In this document: positions 47,217 through 57,106 of the stretch, piece after piece
Numbering within the stretch: position 1 is the first letter of the stretch
Layout: each line of letters begins with the position of its first letter
Source of the DNA: an uncultured Candidatus Saccharibacteria bacterium
GTDB taxonomy: Bacteria; Patescibacteriota; Doudnabacteria; UBA920
Length of the DNA stretch: 64,000 nucleotides
Assembly: GCA_964532425.1 (NCBI GenBank)
Contig: CAZHIA010000006.1
Location: 65,343-129,342 of the forward strand
Direction of reading: 5' to 3'
The notes under the pieces: generated by a model
Told to the model about the DNA's origin: nothing
The model's input: the letters and a program-made list of their open reading frames with translations, nothing else
Databases searched by the model: none
Program-made: the position numbers and the translations under genes

Positions 47217-50200
47217 ATGGGTCCACTGGAATCACGCATGCTATCACTCCAGGAGTGGCTGGCTCAGAGGAAAATGCGGGGTATAATTGTTACCCTGATC
47301 GTTTTGGTTGTGCTCGAAATTGTGACGCATCGCACCCGGTTTAATGTCGTCAATCCGGGTTTGTTTTTACTTATTGCTGTTGTCTATGCAGCTTTTATCG
47401 ATGGCATGATGGCCGGGCTGGTAAGTGGCACGCTCGGCTTTTTGTATTCTCTATATTTTTTCTCTCGTGATGGCCGCCTATTCACCTACACACCCGATGA
47501 CCTAACCCGGGTTATTGCCCTGTTCGTCTCCACTTATGCGATTGTGTATATGACCGGCTGGCTCAAACAGCAGAACGATCTGAAGACCCGGCAGCAGGAG
47601 CAGCAGCGCCTTCAGGAGTTGCAGGAAGACAAGATATGTGTTTTTGCTGATGCTTTCCCTAATATTATTTGGACGATGGCCAGCGATGGTACGTACGAAT
47701 ATTTTAATAATACCTGGTATGAATTTTCAGGATTAACGAGGGTGCAGACGTTCGACCATACGATCACCCGATCCCTCATACACCCAGAAGATATACAGCG
47801 AGTGCTGGAGCGCTGGTGCCAGTCTCGGGAGAGTGGTCAATCACTGGAGATTGAATATCGTCTCAAGTCAAAAGCTGGGGAGTTTCGCTGGTTTATGGCC
47901 AGGATCGTTCCGGTCAAGAACGCCCAGGGCGCGGTTATTAAATGGTTCGGTTCCGCGACTGACATTCACAAGCAGCGCAAGGTTGAAGCAGAATTGGAAA
48001 ATTCCAAGCGGCAGCTGGAGGCGGTGTTAGCGAATGTGGCAGACGGCCTCGTGGTGCGTAATTTCCAGGGCCGGATCCTTTTTACCAACGGAGCGGCATT
48101 ACGCATTTTTGGGGTCAGTTCGGTGGAAGAACTGTCCGAATTCCTCTCATCTGATGTTTCGCATGGTCTTAATTTTCGCGACATTGATAACAGGCCGGTA
48201 CATATGCAAAAGCTTTTTATGCCTACGCCTGGCAAGAACGGTACTGGGACTGATCCGCAGATATACAGTCTTGTTGGCAATGCAATTACCGCAAAGCGAT
48301 GGGTCTCCATTTCCGCCACTTCCATTGTGAATTCCCCCGCTGCCCCCGATCTGTACGTGTCTGTTATCCGGGACATTACGAATGAGCGTAAGGCCATCAT
48401 TGAAACGGAACGATTAGTCGCCCAGCAGGAGTTTCTCGCCCGCGCCGGCGAGCTACTCACTTCTTCTTTGGACCATGAAACAACACTCAAAAGCCTCACC
48501 AGGCTCATTGTGCCAAGGCTTGCCGAATGGACAGTCGTGCATTTGGTCCAACCTGACGGAGCAGTGGTTGAGGTGGCGGCGGCCCACGTAGACCAGGAGA
48601 AGGAAAGGAGGCTCGTGAAAACTCTCGGTACTCGGAAAAACGAGCAGGGTGAACTAGCAACGCCGAGTTGGATGCTCAAAGTTGTGCAGACCGGCAAGCC
48701 CGAATTTCACCCTATCGTGAACGAACAAACTATATCGGCTATTACGCTCGGCACCGAGCACACACGGATGATCCGGGAAACTGGAATCCGTTCGATCATG
48801 GTGGTTCCGCTAAAGAATTTAGACCAAGTGATTGGCACAATCTCTTTTGCCTACACCGATACGGACAATCATTTTTCGGAGAGCGACTTACAAATGGCAG
48901 AAGAGCTGGCACGGCGCGCCTCGATAGCCATTCAGAATTCCAAACTGTATCACCAGGCACGGGAGATTGCGTCCCGCGAACATGAGCACGCTGCTCTTAC
49001 CGAGACTTTACTCGGCAATGCCCCGGTCGGTTTTGGGTTTGTCTCTTTGGATTACAAGTTTTTGCAGGTCAACAACGCTCTCGCTGCCATGAACAGCGTC
49101 AGTCCTCGGGATTTGCTTGACCGGCGCTTGAGCGAAGTCCTACCCGACCTGGCTGAAGTAGTCGAGCCTCAGTATGACCACGTAGTAAAACATGGGGAAC
49201 CGGTGGTTGATTATGAGATTAGCGGGTATACGCCGGACAATCCGGAGCGGCTGCGACACTGGTTCTACAATTTTTTTCCAGTGCGCAATACCGACAGTAA
49301 ATTGAGCGGAATCGGCATTATTGTTGCGGAGGTGACTGACCGCAAGGAAGCCGAACGGGAGATTCATTACCGCGCATACCATGATATCCTGACTGGTTTG
49401 CCGAACCGGAAATATTTTGACGAACGCCTGGCATACGTGCTCCATCGGTCCAAGCGCGACCATCACAAATTTGCCGTATTGTTCATCGACATGGACCGAT
49501 TGAAGAACATTAACGATTCGCTCGGGCATGACATCGGCGATACGGTCATTCGCGAACTTGCGGAACGCCTCAAAAAAACGTTGCGTGCTGGGGATGTAGT
49601 GGCGCGCTGGGGAGGCGATGAATTCGTGATCTTGCTGCCCGAGCTTTCGGTTATAGCAGACGCGGTCAAAGTTGCAGAAAAGATCTTGAAAACCGTGGAG
49701 CCGTCCCTCCGGATTGGCGTCCATACGCTGCACATGACGGTGAGTATTGGCATTGCAGTCTTCCCGAATGATGGAGAGGATGTTCAGACGCTGCAGAAAA
49801 ATGCGGATATCGCCTTGTACCGCGCCAAAGAGGCTGGCAAGAACCGCTACGAGCTGTATAACCAGCAAATGAATGTTAAAGCTTCCGAGCGCCTGGCTCT
49901 GGAAAACGATTTGCGGCAGGCTCTCGCCAAGTGCCAGATGGACCTCTACTATCAGCCAATCCAAGATTTAAAAACCGGACGTATCGTATCGGTCGAAACG
50001 CTGCTCCGTTGGCGGCATCCGCGTTTTGGCCTCTTGTCCCCGCTCCGATTTTTACCCATCGCGGAAGAAACCGGTATCATCTCCCAGCTCGGTTCATGGG
50101 TTATTGACCAGGCCGTCTCCCACATGGCTGAGCTGAACCTTACCAGCGGGCCTATGCGATTTTCGATCAATATTTCAGCGCGTCAATTTTCCGAGGGCGG

Positions 50201-50702
50201 GCTGGTTGCCGGCATTATCGACCGCCTGCAGGCGCATCAATGCAGTCCGGAGCTGCTTGATATTGAAATTACCGAGAGTCTGGCTATGGAAAATCTCGAT
50301 CGGACTCGGAATACGCTCGATGAATTGAAACAATACGGAATCTCTATTACGGTCGACGATTTTGGAACCGGCTACTCTTCCTTGAACTACCTGAAGCGTC
50401 TACCAATTGACCGCCTCAAAATAGACAAATCTTTTGTCCGGCATGTCTTGACCGATGAGCAGGATACCAGCATTATCAAAGCCATTACTTCAATGGCAGA
50501 AAGTTTGCATTTGAAGGTTGTTGCGGAAGGGGTGGATACCGAGATGCAGTTGAATCTTTTGCGGTCGCTCGGCTGCCATGCGGTTCAGGGTTATCATATT
50601 AGCCGCCCGCTGTCGCGACATGAACTAGTGGCATTCTTGAATAAGAAGAACCAAGAGATTTCTCCGGTACAGACACAGGTGGAGGAAGGAGCACAATCTT
50701 AA
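47217..50702 (+). CDS. Membrane-bound PAS/GAF sensor diguanylate cyclase/phosphodiesterase (GGDEF-EAL)
   Basis: N-terminal TM block (DUF4118-like), PAS domains, GAF, HDILTGLPNR, RWGGDEF, YYQP..VETLLRW, EITES, DDFGTGYSSL, KIDKSF, AEGV. Confidence 0.93.
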   Translation: MGPLESRMLSLQEWLAQRKMRGIIVTLIVLVVLEIVTHRTRFNVVNPGLFLLIAVVYAAFIDGMMAGLVSGTLGFLYSLYFFSRDGRLFTYTPDDLTRVIALFVSTYAIVYMTGWLKQQNDLKTRQQEQQRLQELQEDKICVFADAFPNIIWTMASDGTYEYFNNTWYEFSGLTRVQTFDHTITRSLIHPEDIQRVLERWCQSRESGQSLEIEYRLKSKAGEFRWFMARIVPVKNAQGAVIKWFGSATDIHKQRKVEAELENSKRQLEAVLANVADGLVVRNFQGRILFTNGAALRIFGVSSVEELSEFLSSDVSHGLNFRDIDNRPVHMQKLFMPTPGKNGTGTDPQIYSLVGNAITAKRWVSISATSIVNSPAAPDLYVSVIRDITNERKAIIETERLVAQQEFLARAGELLTSSLDHETTLKSLTRLIVPRLAEWTVVHLVQPDGAVVEVAAAHVDQEKERRLVKTLGTRKNEQGELATPSWMLKVVQTGKPEFHPIVNEQTISAITLGTEHTRMIRETGIRSIMVVPLKNLDQVIGTISFAYTDTDNHFSESDLQMAEELARRASIAIQNSKLYHQAREIASREHEHAALTETLLGNAPVGFGFVSLDYKFLQVNNALAAMNSVSPRDLLDRRLSEVLPDLAEVVEPQYDHVVKHGEPVVDYEISGYTPDNPERLRHWFYNFFPVRNTDSKLSGIGIIVAEVTDRKEAEREIHYRAYHDILTGLPNRKYFDERLAYVLHRSKRDHHKFAVLFIDMDRLKNINDSLGHDIGDTVIRELAERLKKTLRAGDVVARWGGDEFVILLPELSVIADAVKVAEKILKTVEPSLRIGVHTLHMTVSIGIAVFPNDGEDVQTLQKNADIALYRAKEAGKNRYELYNQQMNVKASERLALENDLRQALAKCQMDLYYQPIQDLKTGRIVSVETLLRWRHPRFGLLSPLRFLPIAEETGIISQLGSWVIDQAVSHMAELNLTSGPMRFSINISARQFSEGGLVAGIIDRLQAHQCSPELLDIEITESLAMENLDRTRNTLDELKQYGISITVDDFGTGYSSLNYLKRLPIDRLKIDKSFVRHVLTDEQDTSIIKAITSMAESLHLKVVAEGVDTEMQLNLLRSLGCHAVQGYHISRPLSRHELVAFLNKKNQEISPVQTQVEEGAQS

Positions 50703-50836
50703 TTCCCAATTTCCAATATCCAATTTCCAATAAAATGCCAAATCCCCAAAATCTTATATGCAAAACAGCTCGTTTCGTTAGAAATTGGAAATTTGGAATT
50801 GGAAATTAACAAAAATCCCCTTTTCGGGGATTTTAG

Positions 50837-51247
50837 TTATTGCTTCAGTAAATTGTACAACCCCAGTGTCTGTTTGACCTTTTTGACAAGCTCATCCATG
50901 GACCAGTGGCTTTTGACAATATGTTCGAGCACTCCTTTTTTTGTACCGAGGATCTCGCTGATTTTCTCCACCTCGCTCAAGTTACTAATTATGATGACGG
51001 GTATTCCCTGCCCCTCAGTATCGTTTCGTAGCTTCTTGAGCATTGTCAATCCATCCATAGCTGGCATGATGATATCGAGTAAAATCAGATCGGGTTTGGT
51101 CTTGAGGGCGGCCTTCAGGCCTTCTTCCCCGTTTTGCGCCTGGGCAACTTCAAAACCATCCCGAGTAAATTTATCGGTCAGGACTTCTAGCAAAGCGCCT
51201 TCGTCTTCGATAATCAAAATTTTTTTCTTTCCTTGCGTTTTGGCCAT
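50837..51247 (-). CDS. Stand-alone response regulator receiver
   Basis: KKILIIEDE, PDLILLDIIMPAMDG; start ATG 51247; close paralogue of 43178..43567. Confidence 0.9.
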   Translation of the reverse strand: MAKTQGKKKILIIEDEGALLEVLTDKFTRDGFEVAQAQNGEEGLKAALKTKPDLILLDIIMPAMDGLTMLKKLRNDTEGQGIPVIIISNLSEVEKISEILGTKKGVLEHIVKSHWSMDELVKKVKQTLGLYNLLKQ

Positions 51248-51365
51248 GCGGCGTTGGTTAATGGCTATTTCCTGAGACGTTCGGTGGTTTTTCGCCTTAC
51301 GCGGTCTGCGGTCTTTAGTATACCAGAGCCAACTGGCTTCGTCGATGGAATACCGCTCGCGATGA

Positions 51366-52655
51366 TTATAAGAGCTTTTCCAGCGGGCAAACACAAAACG
51401 GCACAAGCATTTCCGCGTGCGACAGGCCGCCGTGGACCCCTTTTTGATGGAAGGGGTAGCCCGGAAAGTGATCATACCAGACGTGATGGTCTGGTAGAGG
51501 TAAAATGAGTACGTTGCCGATACGGCGCAGGAATTTTTCCGAGGGTTTATGCAGGCCGAACAATCCGCTTTTCAGGGCTTGCTGTGTAGGCAAGACCTTG
51601 GCTTGGCCCGTTAATTCTTGCTGCAGCAGTTTTATGGCACTATTCAATTCGGGTGGATGAATGAACAAAAAAACGTCATGCGGAGCGCCGGTCGGCGGAA
51701 TAATCTCTTTTTTATGCATCCATGCGTATTTGGCGGTCAATTCAAGGTATTTGTTGAGGTAGATAATATCTTCGCCTTTGATATTGGACTGCCCATGGTC
51801 TGCAGTCAGCAAAACGAGGACATCTCCGGCTGCAGTCTTATCGAGCTCACCCAAAAAGCGGCTGGTGAACAGGTTTGAGAAGGATTCGAGTTCTGAAACA
51901 TGTTCCTTGCTGTTCGGTCCAAAACTGTGCTCGACCTGGTCGATAAAGTGCCAGTAGACTAAGAAGAACGCGGGACCATTGGTATTCACCAGTTTATCTT
52001 TGAGTTTTTGTACGAGGTCATTCCCATGAGTGAACGCGACTGCCTCGCTCCCCTTGCTGATGGCTGATTGGTACGCGCCTTGGATGTATTCGTGATATAC
52101 GAAATTGTGTGAAGCAATGCCTGCTTCGGCCAGGCGTTCGTAGACGGTCCGTCCGTCATACAGCATCTCAGCGGTGCCTCCGTGCCGGAGCAGGGCGTTT
52201 GGCTCGCTGGTCCGGATCATTTTGAACGGCAAGGTCTCGATAACTCCTTTGAGTTCTTCGAAATACACAAACCATTCCGGCAGCCCATGTTCTTGCGGGG
52301 TCATGCCGGTATGAATGGTGGTCAGTGCGGCGGGAGTCGTCGATGGAAAGACAGATGTCAGCGGAAAGACATCGCCGCGCTCTTCAAACCGGGACAGAAA
52401 TGACATCTGCTCATGGTAGGTTAAAAAATGGTCGAACCCCAAACCGTCAATCACAAACAAGATGACCTTCGAAAACTTCTTTCCGTACCGGTCGAACAAG
52501 CGTTCTTTGAATGTCGGGCGCTGGTGGGCGATCCCGAAATATTCCAGGATGGAAGGCGTAACTTCGGCAATGGAAAAACTGCCGTAGTCCGGCTTCAGGA
52601 AGCCTTCCCAGGACTGGCGCTTTTCGATATCGGCAAGTAGATCTTTATGGATCAT
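51366..52655 (-). CDS. Alkaline phosphatase superfamily / nucleotide pyrophosphatase-phosphodiesterase
   Basis: FVIDGLG, SVFPSTTPAALTT, IDQVEH, TADHGQ, GVHGGLS..EMLVP. Confidence 0.88.
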   Translation of the reverse strand: MIHKDLLADIEKRQSWEGFLKPDYGSFSIAEVTPSILEYFGIAHQRPTFKERLFDRYGKKFSKVILFVIDGLGFDHFLTYHEQMSFLSRFEERGDVFPLTSVFPSTTPAALTTIHTGMTPQEHGLPEWFVYFEELKGVIETLPFKMIRTSEPNALLRHGGTAEMLYDGRTVYERLAEAGIASHNFVYHEYIQGAYQSAISKGSEAVAFTHGNDLVQKLKDKLVNTNGPAFFLVYWHFIDQVEHSFGPNSKEHVSELESFSNLFTSRFLGELDKTAAGDVLVLLTADHGQSNIKGEDIIYLNKYLELTAKYAWMHKKEIIPPTGAPHDVFLFIHPPELNSAIKLLQQELTGQAKVLPTQQALKSGLFGLHKPSEKFLRRIGNVLILPLPDHHVWYDHFPGYPFHQKGVHGGLSHAEMLVPFCVCPLEKLL

Positions 52656-52753
52656 GGCGGTGTTATTGTGAACATGTAACCTTTGCCTTTGACATTTAAC
52701 TTTTCGAAAGTGGTCAATTGTAAAATGTTAATGGTCAAATGTTATCATACCCT

Positions 52754-53845
52754 TCACTTAATCAGCTCCTTAAATTCCCTGTATACATAGTGAAGGTGGT
52801 TAATGCGCGAGTGGTCTACAAACTGGTCAATGCAGCCAAGCGGGTATTTCATGTGTTTGAGTTTGGGGTCCCGGATGCTCCGATTGATCTCGCTAATATA
52901 CAGTCCTACGTCCAAGACCTTGTAACCACGACCATGGAAGTCGCTTAATTCAGTCGTTAGCGGTTTCGTAATGCGTAATTGATTGTGTAATGTGGCTAAT
53001 TGTTGGTACGCCAGCCCAAGCAGACGCTCGCGTTCTTCCCAGGAAGGCGCATGAAGTACGCCGACCAGGACCGGAATCATGGATGGTGCGTGGCTCAGAC
53101 GCAGAAAGGCAGTCCCGAACCATTTGCTGTATGGCACGTATTTCTTTTCTAAAAAAAAGCACATGGTCATGATCCGGTCGATCATGCGTGAGGTAATAAG
53201 GGATGAGCCAATTTCATCCCCTACTTGGGCTGAGCGTCCTGGGTATGAAAGCTCGTTGGCGATCTTGTCCCACTGGATCTTTAAAATATACAGCCAGATA
53301 TCCCGCGGGTAGTAGGAAAATTTGTTTCTGATCTCCTCAAGCCGGCCAAGTCCGTCATAATAGACGGTACCGCTGGTGACTTCCAGAAGGGCTTGCTGCG
53401 GGAACGTGAGCCAGTCTTTGAGGGTAACTTTACGGTACGGATTAAACCCCAAATAATACTCGAAGAACGATCGGATAGAAAAGACTTTGACCAAATGGTT
53501 GACCGGTCCGCGCGCTTTTGGCTGCATCTGCTGAACCAGGTAAGATTGTCGCGGCCGGGTAAAGTTCGTGGAAAATCCCTGGAAGGTTACAGGCAGGTGT
53601 TGGGCCAAGAGCCGATGGATTTTTTCGGAATATTTTTTCAGATTTTGCTCAGAAACAAACAGAATGCCGCGCGGTCCCCAGTTATGGTCCATGGACTGCT
53701 CGGTGTCGAAACCAAGGACATCCGAACCTTCCCCCATGAGGCCGGCTGAGTACTTTAAGCGCGGGAAATACTGCTCCATTAGCGGCTTGATCGCCTCATG
53801 GAAAAACATGCGGTTCAACTCTACGCCCGGAATAAAGTTTGGCAT
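52754..53845 (-). CDS. DUF4037 domain protein (nucleotidyltransferase-like)
   Basis: GLMGEGSDVLGFD..S.DHNWGP, WL..PQQALLEVTSG.VYYD, YYPRDIW, PYSKWFG. Confidence 0.8.
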   Translation of the reverse strand: MPNFIPGVELNRMFFHEAIKPLMEQYFPRLKYSAGLMGEGSDVLGFDTEQSMDHNWGPRGILFVSEQNLKKYSEKIHRLLAQHLPVTFQGFSTNFTRPRQSYLVQQMQPKARGPVNHLVKVFSIRSFFEYYLGFNPYRKVTLKDWLTFPQQALLEVTSGTVYYDGLGRLEEIRNKFSYYPRDIWLYILKIQWDKIANELSYPGRSAQVGDEIGSSLITSRMIDRIMTMCFFLEKKYVPYSKWFGTAFLRLSHAPSMIPVLVGVLHAPSWEERERLLGLAYQQLATLHNQLRITKPLTTELSDFHGRGYKVLDVGLYISEINRSIRDPKLKHMKYPLGCIDQFVDHSRINHLHYVYREFKELIK

Positions 53846-54079
53846 GCCAACCTCTATGGTTTTGGGCTGCGGGTAATACCTAAAACCCTTAACGGATGAG
53901 TGCCTTATTTGACGGAAGAAACAGCTAAATCAAACAAAACCGTCCCGGCGGTACCGGGACGGTTTTGTGAATACTACTCTTATTTCGATTGGTCGAAGGT
54001 GGAGCAGATCAATTCTCCGTAAGTGGACAGGGACGCGGCAAAGCCGGTGTGCAGCGGTTCGGGCAAATGGTTGAGCCGA

Positions 54080-54349
54080 TTAATGGTATTTTTCCCTTGG
54101 TTCTTCCGGACGAGGTTTGTTTTCCCGGTCATGGGCAGTAAGCCGATCCACCATATTATTGCTGTTCATGGCACCCGAAAAGATCAGCTCTTTAAACATA
54201 TTGAAAATTTGGAATCGCCTATCCGTATCGCGGCCTGCCCGATGGTAAAAGCGCTCCAGGCTGGAAACAATGGTTTCTTCCACCGGGAACCCCTTGAGAG
54301 TGAAGGATATCGGCTCGTTAGGTACTGGTAATTCAGCTTTAAGTTCCAT
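54080..54349 (-). CDS. Hypothetical protein
   Basis: Only plausible ORF in the gap; no motif. Confidence 0.35.
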   Translation of the reverse strand: MELKAELPVPNEPISFTLKGFPVEETIVSSLERFYHRAGRDTDRRFQIFNMFKELIFSGAMNSNNMVDRLTAHDRENKPRPEEPREKYH

Positions 54350-54508
54350 ATGAGATCTATTAATTGGCTACTCATATTATATAAGTATGACGGAGAAATG
54401 TATAGAACATTCCTGTAGGTGAAACCTTATGATAGATAGCAACGTTATATTATATAGACAAGGTAAGAAATTTATTAACACTACTAAAACCGCCGATTAT
54501 CGGCCATT

Positions 54509-54898
54509 ATGAACATTACATGGGAAGAATTGAACTCGGTTAACATTAGCGAGCTCGATGAGGACCATCAGGAAATTGCAGCATTGATTAATCGACTCAG
54601 TCGGACTACCAGCAAGGATGGAGCCGGCAGAATCATCCGGAAATTGGAAATATACGCAATCGAGCACTTTAAAGCCGAGGAATCATATTTTAAAAAGTAT
54701 CAATACCCAGCAGCTGAGCCTCATGTCAGGCAGCATCAGGCTTTTTTGCGGCGTATACGCCAGTTCAGGCGGCAATATGACGCTGGTGTCTTGGAAAATG
54801 CCAGGCTTCTGGAATTCCTGAATACCTGGTGGCTCGCCCATATTAATAACTCTGACCAAAAATATACAGATTTTTTAAACCAACAGGGAGTTTTTTGA
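54509..54898 (+). CDS. Bacteriohemerythrin
   Basis: W..LDEDHQ, HFKAEE, YP..H..QH, WWLAHI..D di-iron ligand pattern. Confidence 0.9.
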   Translation: MNITWEELNSVNISELDEDHQEIAALINRLSRTTSKDGAGRIIRKLEIYAIEHFKAEESYFKKYQYPAAEPHVRQHQAFLRRIRQFRRQYDAGVLENARLLEFLNTWWLAHINNSDQKYTDFLNQQGVF

Positions 54899-55083
54899 AA
54901 GAGCATTCGACTCGCCCGAGTGGCGGGTTTTTGGTTTATCCGGGTACGGCTGCGTCTGTCGGGTAGTCCTATAACTTTAGCGGTTAGCGGGCTCTGGATT
55001 ATTTCCGAGCTTTATGGTAAAATAAGTTAGCTTGGTGAGAGATCGGCAGTTCAGCGGAGTTAAATTTTTAAGCCGGTTCAATT

Positions 55084-55196
55084 GCCGATGTAGCTCTCCG
55101 CCAGCTGGCGGATGGTTAGAATAGCTGTTTTGCTCCGACGTTTGCGAAAGCAAAGTCGGAGTCCCGACCTTCGTCTGACGGAGTGTCGGGATAAAC
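55084..55196 (+). pseudogene. Degenerate 5' half of a tRNA-Thr(UGU) interrupted by hairpin inserts
   Basis: Removing 55097-55112 and 55133-55191 leaves GCCGATGTAGCTC-TGGTTAGAATAGCTGTTTTG-TAAAC. Confidence 0.5.
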
Positions 55197-55215
55197 CATC
55201 AAACAAAGTCAATAT

Positions 55216-55291
55216 GCCAGCTTAGCTCATCTGGTAGAGCAACGGTTTTGTAAACCGTAGGTGGCCGGTTCGAGTCCGGCAGCTGGCTCCA
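55216..55291 (+). tRNA. tRNA-Thr(UGU)
   Basis: GCCAGCT/AGCTGGC acceptor, ACGGT-TTTGTAA-ACCGT anticodon arm, GTTCGAGTCC, encoded CCA. Confidence 0.96.
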
Positions 55292-55419
55292 CTTCTTCGC
55301 TTAAGCTTCGAAGTGCAAGCACTCATTATCCCTTGTTTCGGATCAGGATAATGCTAAATTTTCTGACGCCCAGAAAATTTTCTTTATAACTTTATAACTT
55401 TTAACTTGATAACTGCACT

Positions 55420-55575
55420 ATGTCCCAGGATCATCTTATCAACATGGAATGCACGGTCTGCCATAATCTGAATTATCAGACCAATAAGAACAAGAAAATT
55501 ACTCAGAAGCGCCTCGAGCTGCAGAAGTTCTGCAAGCACTGCAAGAAGAAGACGGCGCACAAGGAAACGAAATAG
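55420..55575 (+). CDS. rpmG: 50S ribosomal protein L33, zinc-binding form (not in ORF track)
   Basis: [51 protein letters not shown]; sits between tRNA-Thr and tRNA-Trp. Confidence 0.95.
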   Translation: MSQDHLINMECTVCHNLNYQTNKNKKITQKRLELQKFCKHCKKKTAHKETK

Positions 55576-55662
55576 TTTATTAAAAACAGCCAAATGGCTG
55601 TTTTTATTTTTATATTTATGGTATAATCGTCTGTGTGCAAGTAAACTGGATTGTTAGTTTAT

Positions 55663-56322
55663 ATGCTCAATAATTCAACTAAGAAACAAGCGTTAAATCT
55701 TAGACTAAAAGGGTTTTCGTATGCTTTTATAGCAAAGAAATTGTCTATCTCAAAAAGTACAAGTTACCTTTGGCTAAAAAATATTGCATTAAGCAAAAAC
55801 GCAAGCCAGAGATTACTTTTGGCACAATTATACGGTCAGAAAAAAGGTTTAAAGAAAATAGAGGACGCTAGAACGCATGTTGAATCTGAAATAAAACAGA
55901 GAGTTGGTGATACCTTAAAGCAAATACATATGAGCAAGGAGAACCAAAAGCTCTTATGTTCAATTCTTTATTGGAGCGAGGGGGAAAAATCTAAAAGGGT
56001 TGTCGCTTTTACTAACTCCGACCCGCTTATGATAAGGTTATTTATTAAATTGTTTGTTGGTTCATTTGGAGTCAGTAAATTAAAAATTAAAGCATTTTTA
56101 CATTTACATGATTACCACAATGTAGATAGACAGGTTATATTTTGGTCCAAGCAAACCGGTATTCACAAAAATAGGATTACAGTATATAATAAACAGAGCC
56201 AACATACTTATAAAAAGCCTAATTACCCAGGCTGCATTTCTATCAGATATTATGATGCAAAAATAGCAAAAGAAATATTTTTTCTTTATAGCAATTTTGC
56301 ACAAAATATGGGGGCTTGGTGA
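55663..56322 (+). CDS. HTH plus LAGLIDADG-like protein, AT-rich, stop codon inside tRNA-Trp
   Basis: LRLKGFSYAFIAKKLSISKSTSYLW (HTH); LYWSEGEK..FTNSDPLMIRLF..FWSKQTGI. Confidence 0.7.
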   Translation: MLNNSTKKQALNLRLKGFSYAFIAKKLSISKSTSYLWLKNIALSKNASQRLLLAQLYGQKKGLKKIEDARTHVESEIKQRVGDTLKQIHMSKENQKLLCSILYWSEGEKSKRVVAFTNSDPLMIRLFIKLFVGSFGVSKLKIKAFLHLHDYHNVDRQVIFWSKQTGIHKNRITVYNKQSQHTYKKPNYPGCISIRYYDAKIAKEIFFLYSNFAQNMGAW

Positions 56323-56383
56323 AATGGTATCACAGCGCTCTCCAAAAGCGTTGTTGTGGGTTCGATTCCTACAGCCCCTGCCA
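56310..56383 (+). tRNA. tRNA-Trp(CCA)
   Basis: GGGGGCT/AGCCCCT acceptor, loop CTCCAAA, GTGGG-TTCGATT-CCTAC T arm, G-CCA end. Confidence 0.95.
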
Positions 56384-56430
56384 AAAAAGCTTCTCTTTGA
56401 TAATAGAAGCTTTTTTGTTATAGTACCAGC

Positions 56431-57075
56431 ATGAAAAAACTCATACCCGCTATCGCAATCAACGAATTGATTCTAACTAAAAATCCCGTCATTACAGTTG
56501 AAAAGGAAAAGGTAGACGGCAACGTTACTTTAAAAGAATTGGATATCATAAACAAACTTATAAAATATTATAACCCAAAAACTATTTTTGAAATTGGGAC
56601 ATTCGATGGTAGAACAACATTAAACATGGCACTCAACTCAAATGCGAAGACTAAACTTTTTACCTTGGATCTACCTGAAACGGAAATTGGCAAAACTAAA
56701 TTCAAGCTTTATACAGGATCAAAATTTAGCGATATAAATTATGTGAATAAAAATGAATCAGGAAAAAGATTTAAAGGCACAGAAGCGGATAAAAAGATTA
56801 CGCAATTATTTGGAGACTCAGCCACATTCAAATTTTCTCCATACTACAAAAAGATCGATTTCATATTTATTGATGGTTCACACGCTAAAAAATATACTCA
56901 AAATGATACTGAGAAAGCAATCAAGCTTTGCAGATCAACAAAATCTATTATCCTCTGGCACGACTACGGGGTATGGGATGGAGTAACCGAGGCACTCAAT
57001 GAACTTTACACTAATGACAAGCGTTTCAAAAATTTGAAACATATACTAGGAACATGCTTGGTGATTAGAGATTAA
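56431..57075 (+). CDS. Class I SAM-dependent methyltransferase (Methyltransf_24-like), AT-rich
   Basis: IFEIGTFDGRTT, TLDLP, GDSATF, DFIFIDGSH, ILWHDY. Confidence 0.85.
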   Translation: MKKLIPAIAINELILTKNPVITVEKEKVDGNVTLKELDIINKLIKYYNPKTIFEIGTFDGRTTLNMALNSNAKTKLFTLDLPETEIGKTKFKLYTGSKFSDINYVNKNESGKRFKGTEADKKITQLFGDSATFKFSPYYKKIDFIFIDGSHAKKYTQNDTEKAIKLCRSTKSIILWHDYGVWDGVTEALNELYTNDKRFKNLKHILGTCLVIRD

Positions 57076-57096
57076 GGTTTGAACCTTACCCCCTAT

Positions 57097-57106
57097 CCCC
57101 TGCCAA
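57097..57106 (+). repeat. Copy of the tRNA-Trp 3' end (att-like)
   Basis: CCCCTGCCAA equals 56375..56384; preceded by a T-loop-like GGTTTGAACCT and followed by a terminator hairpin. Confidence 0.5.
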
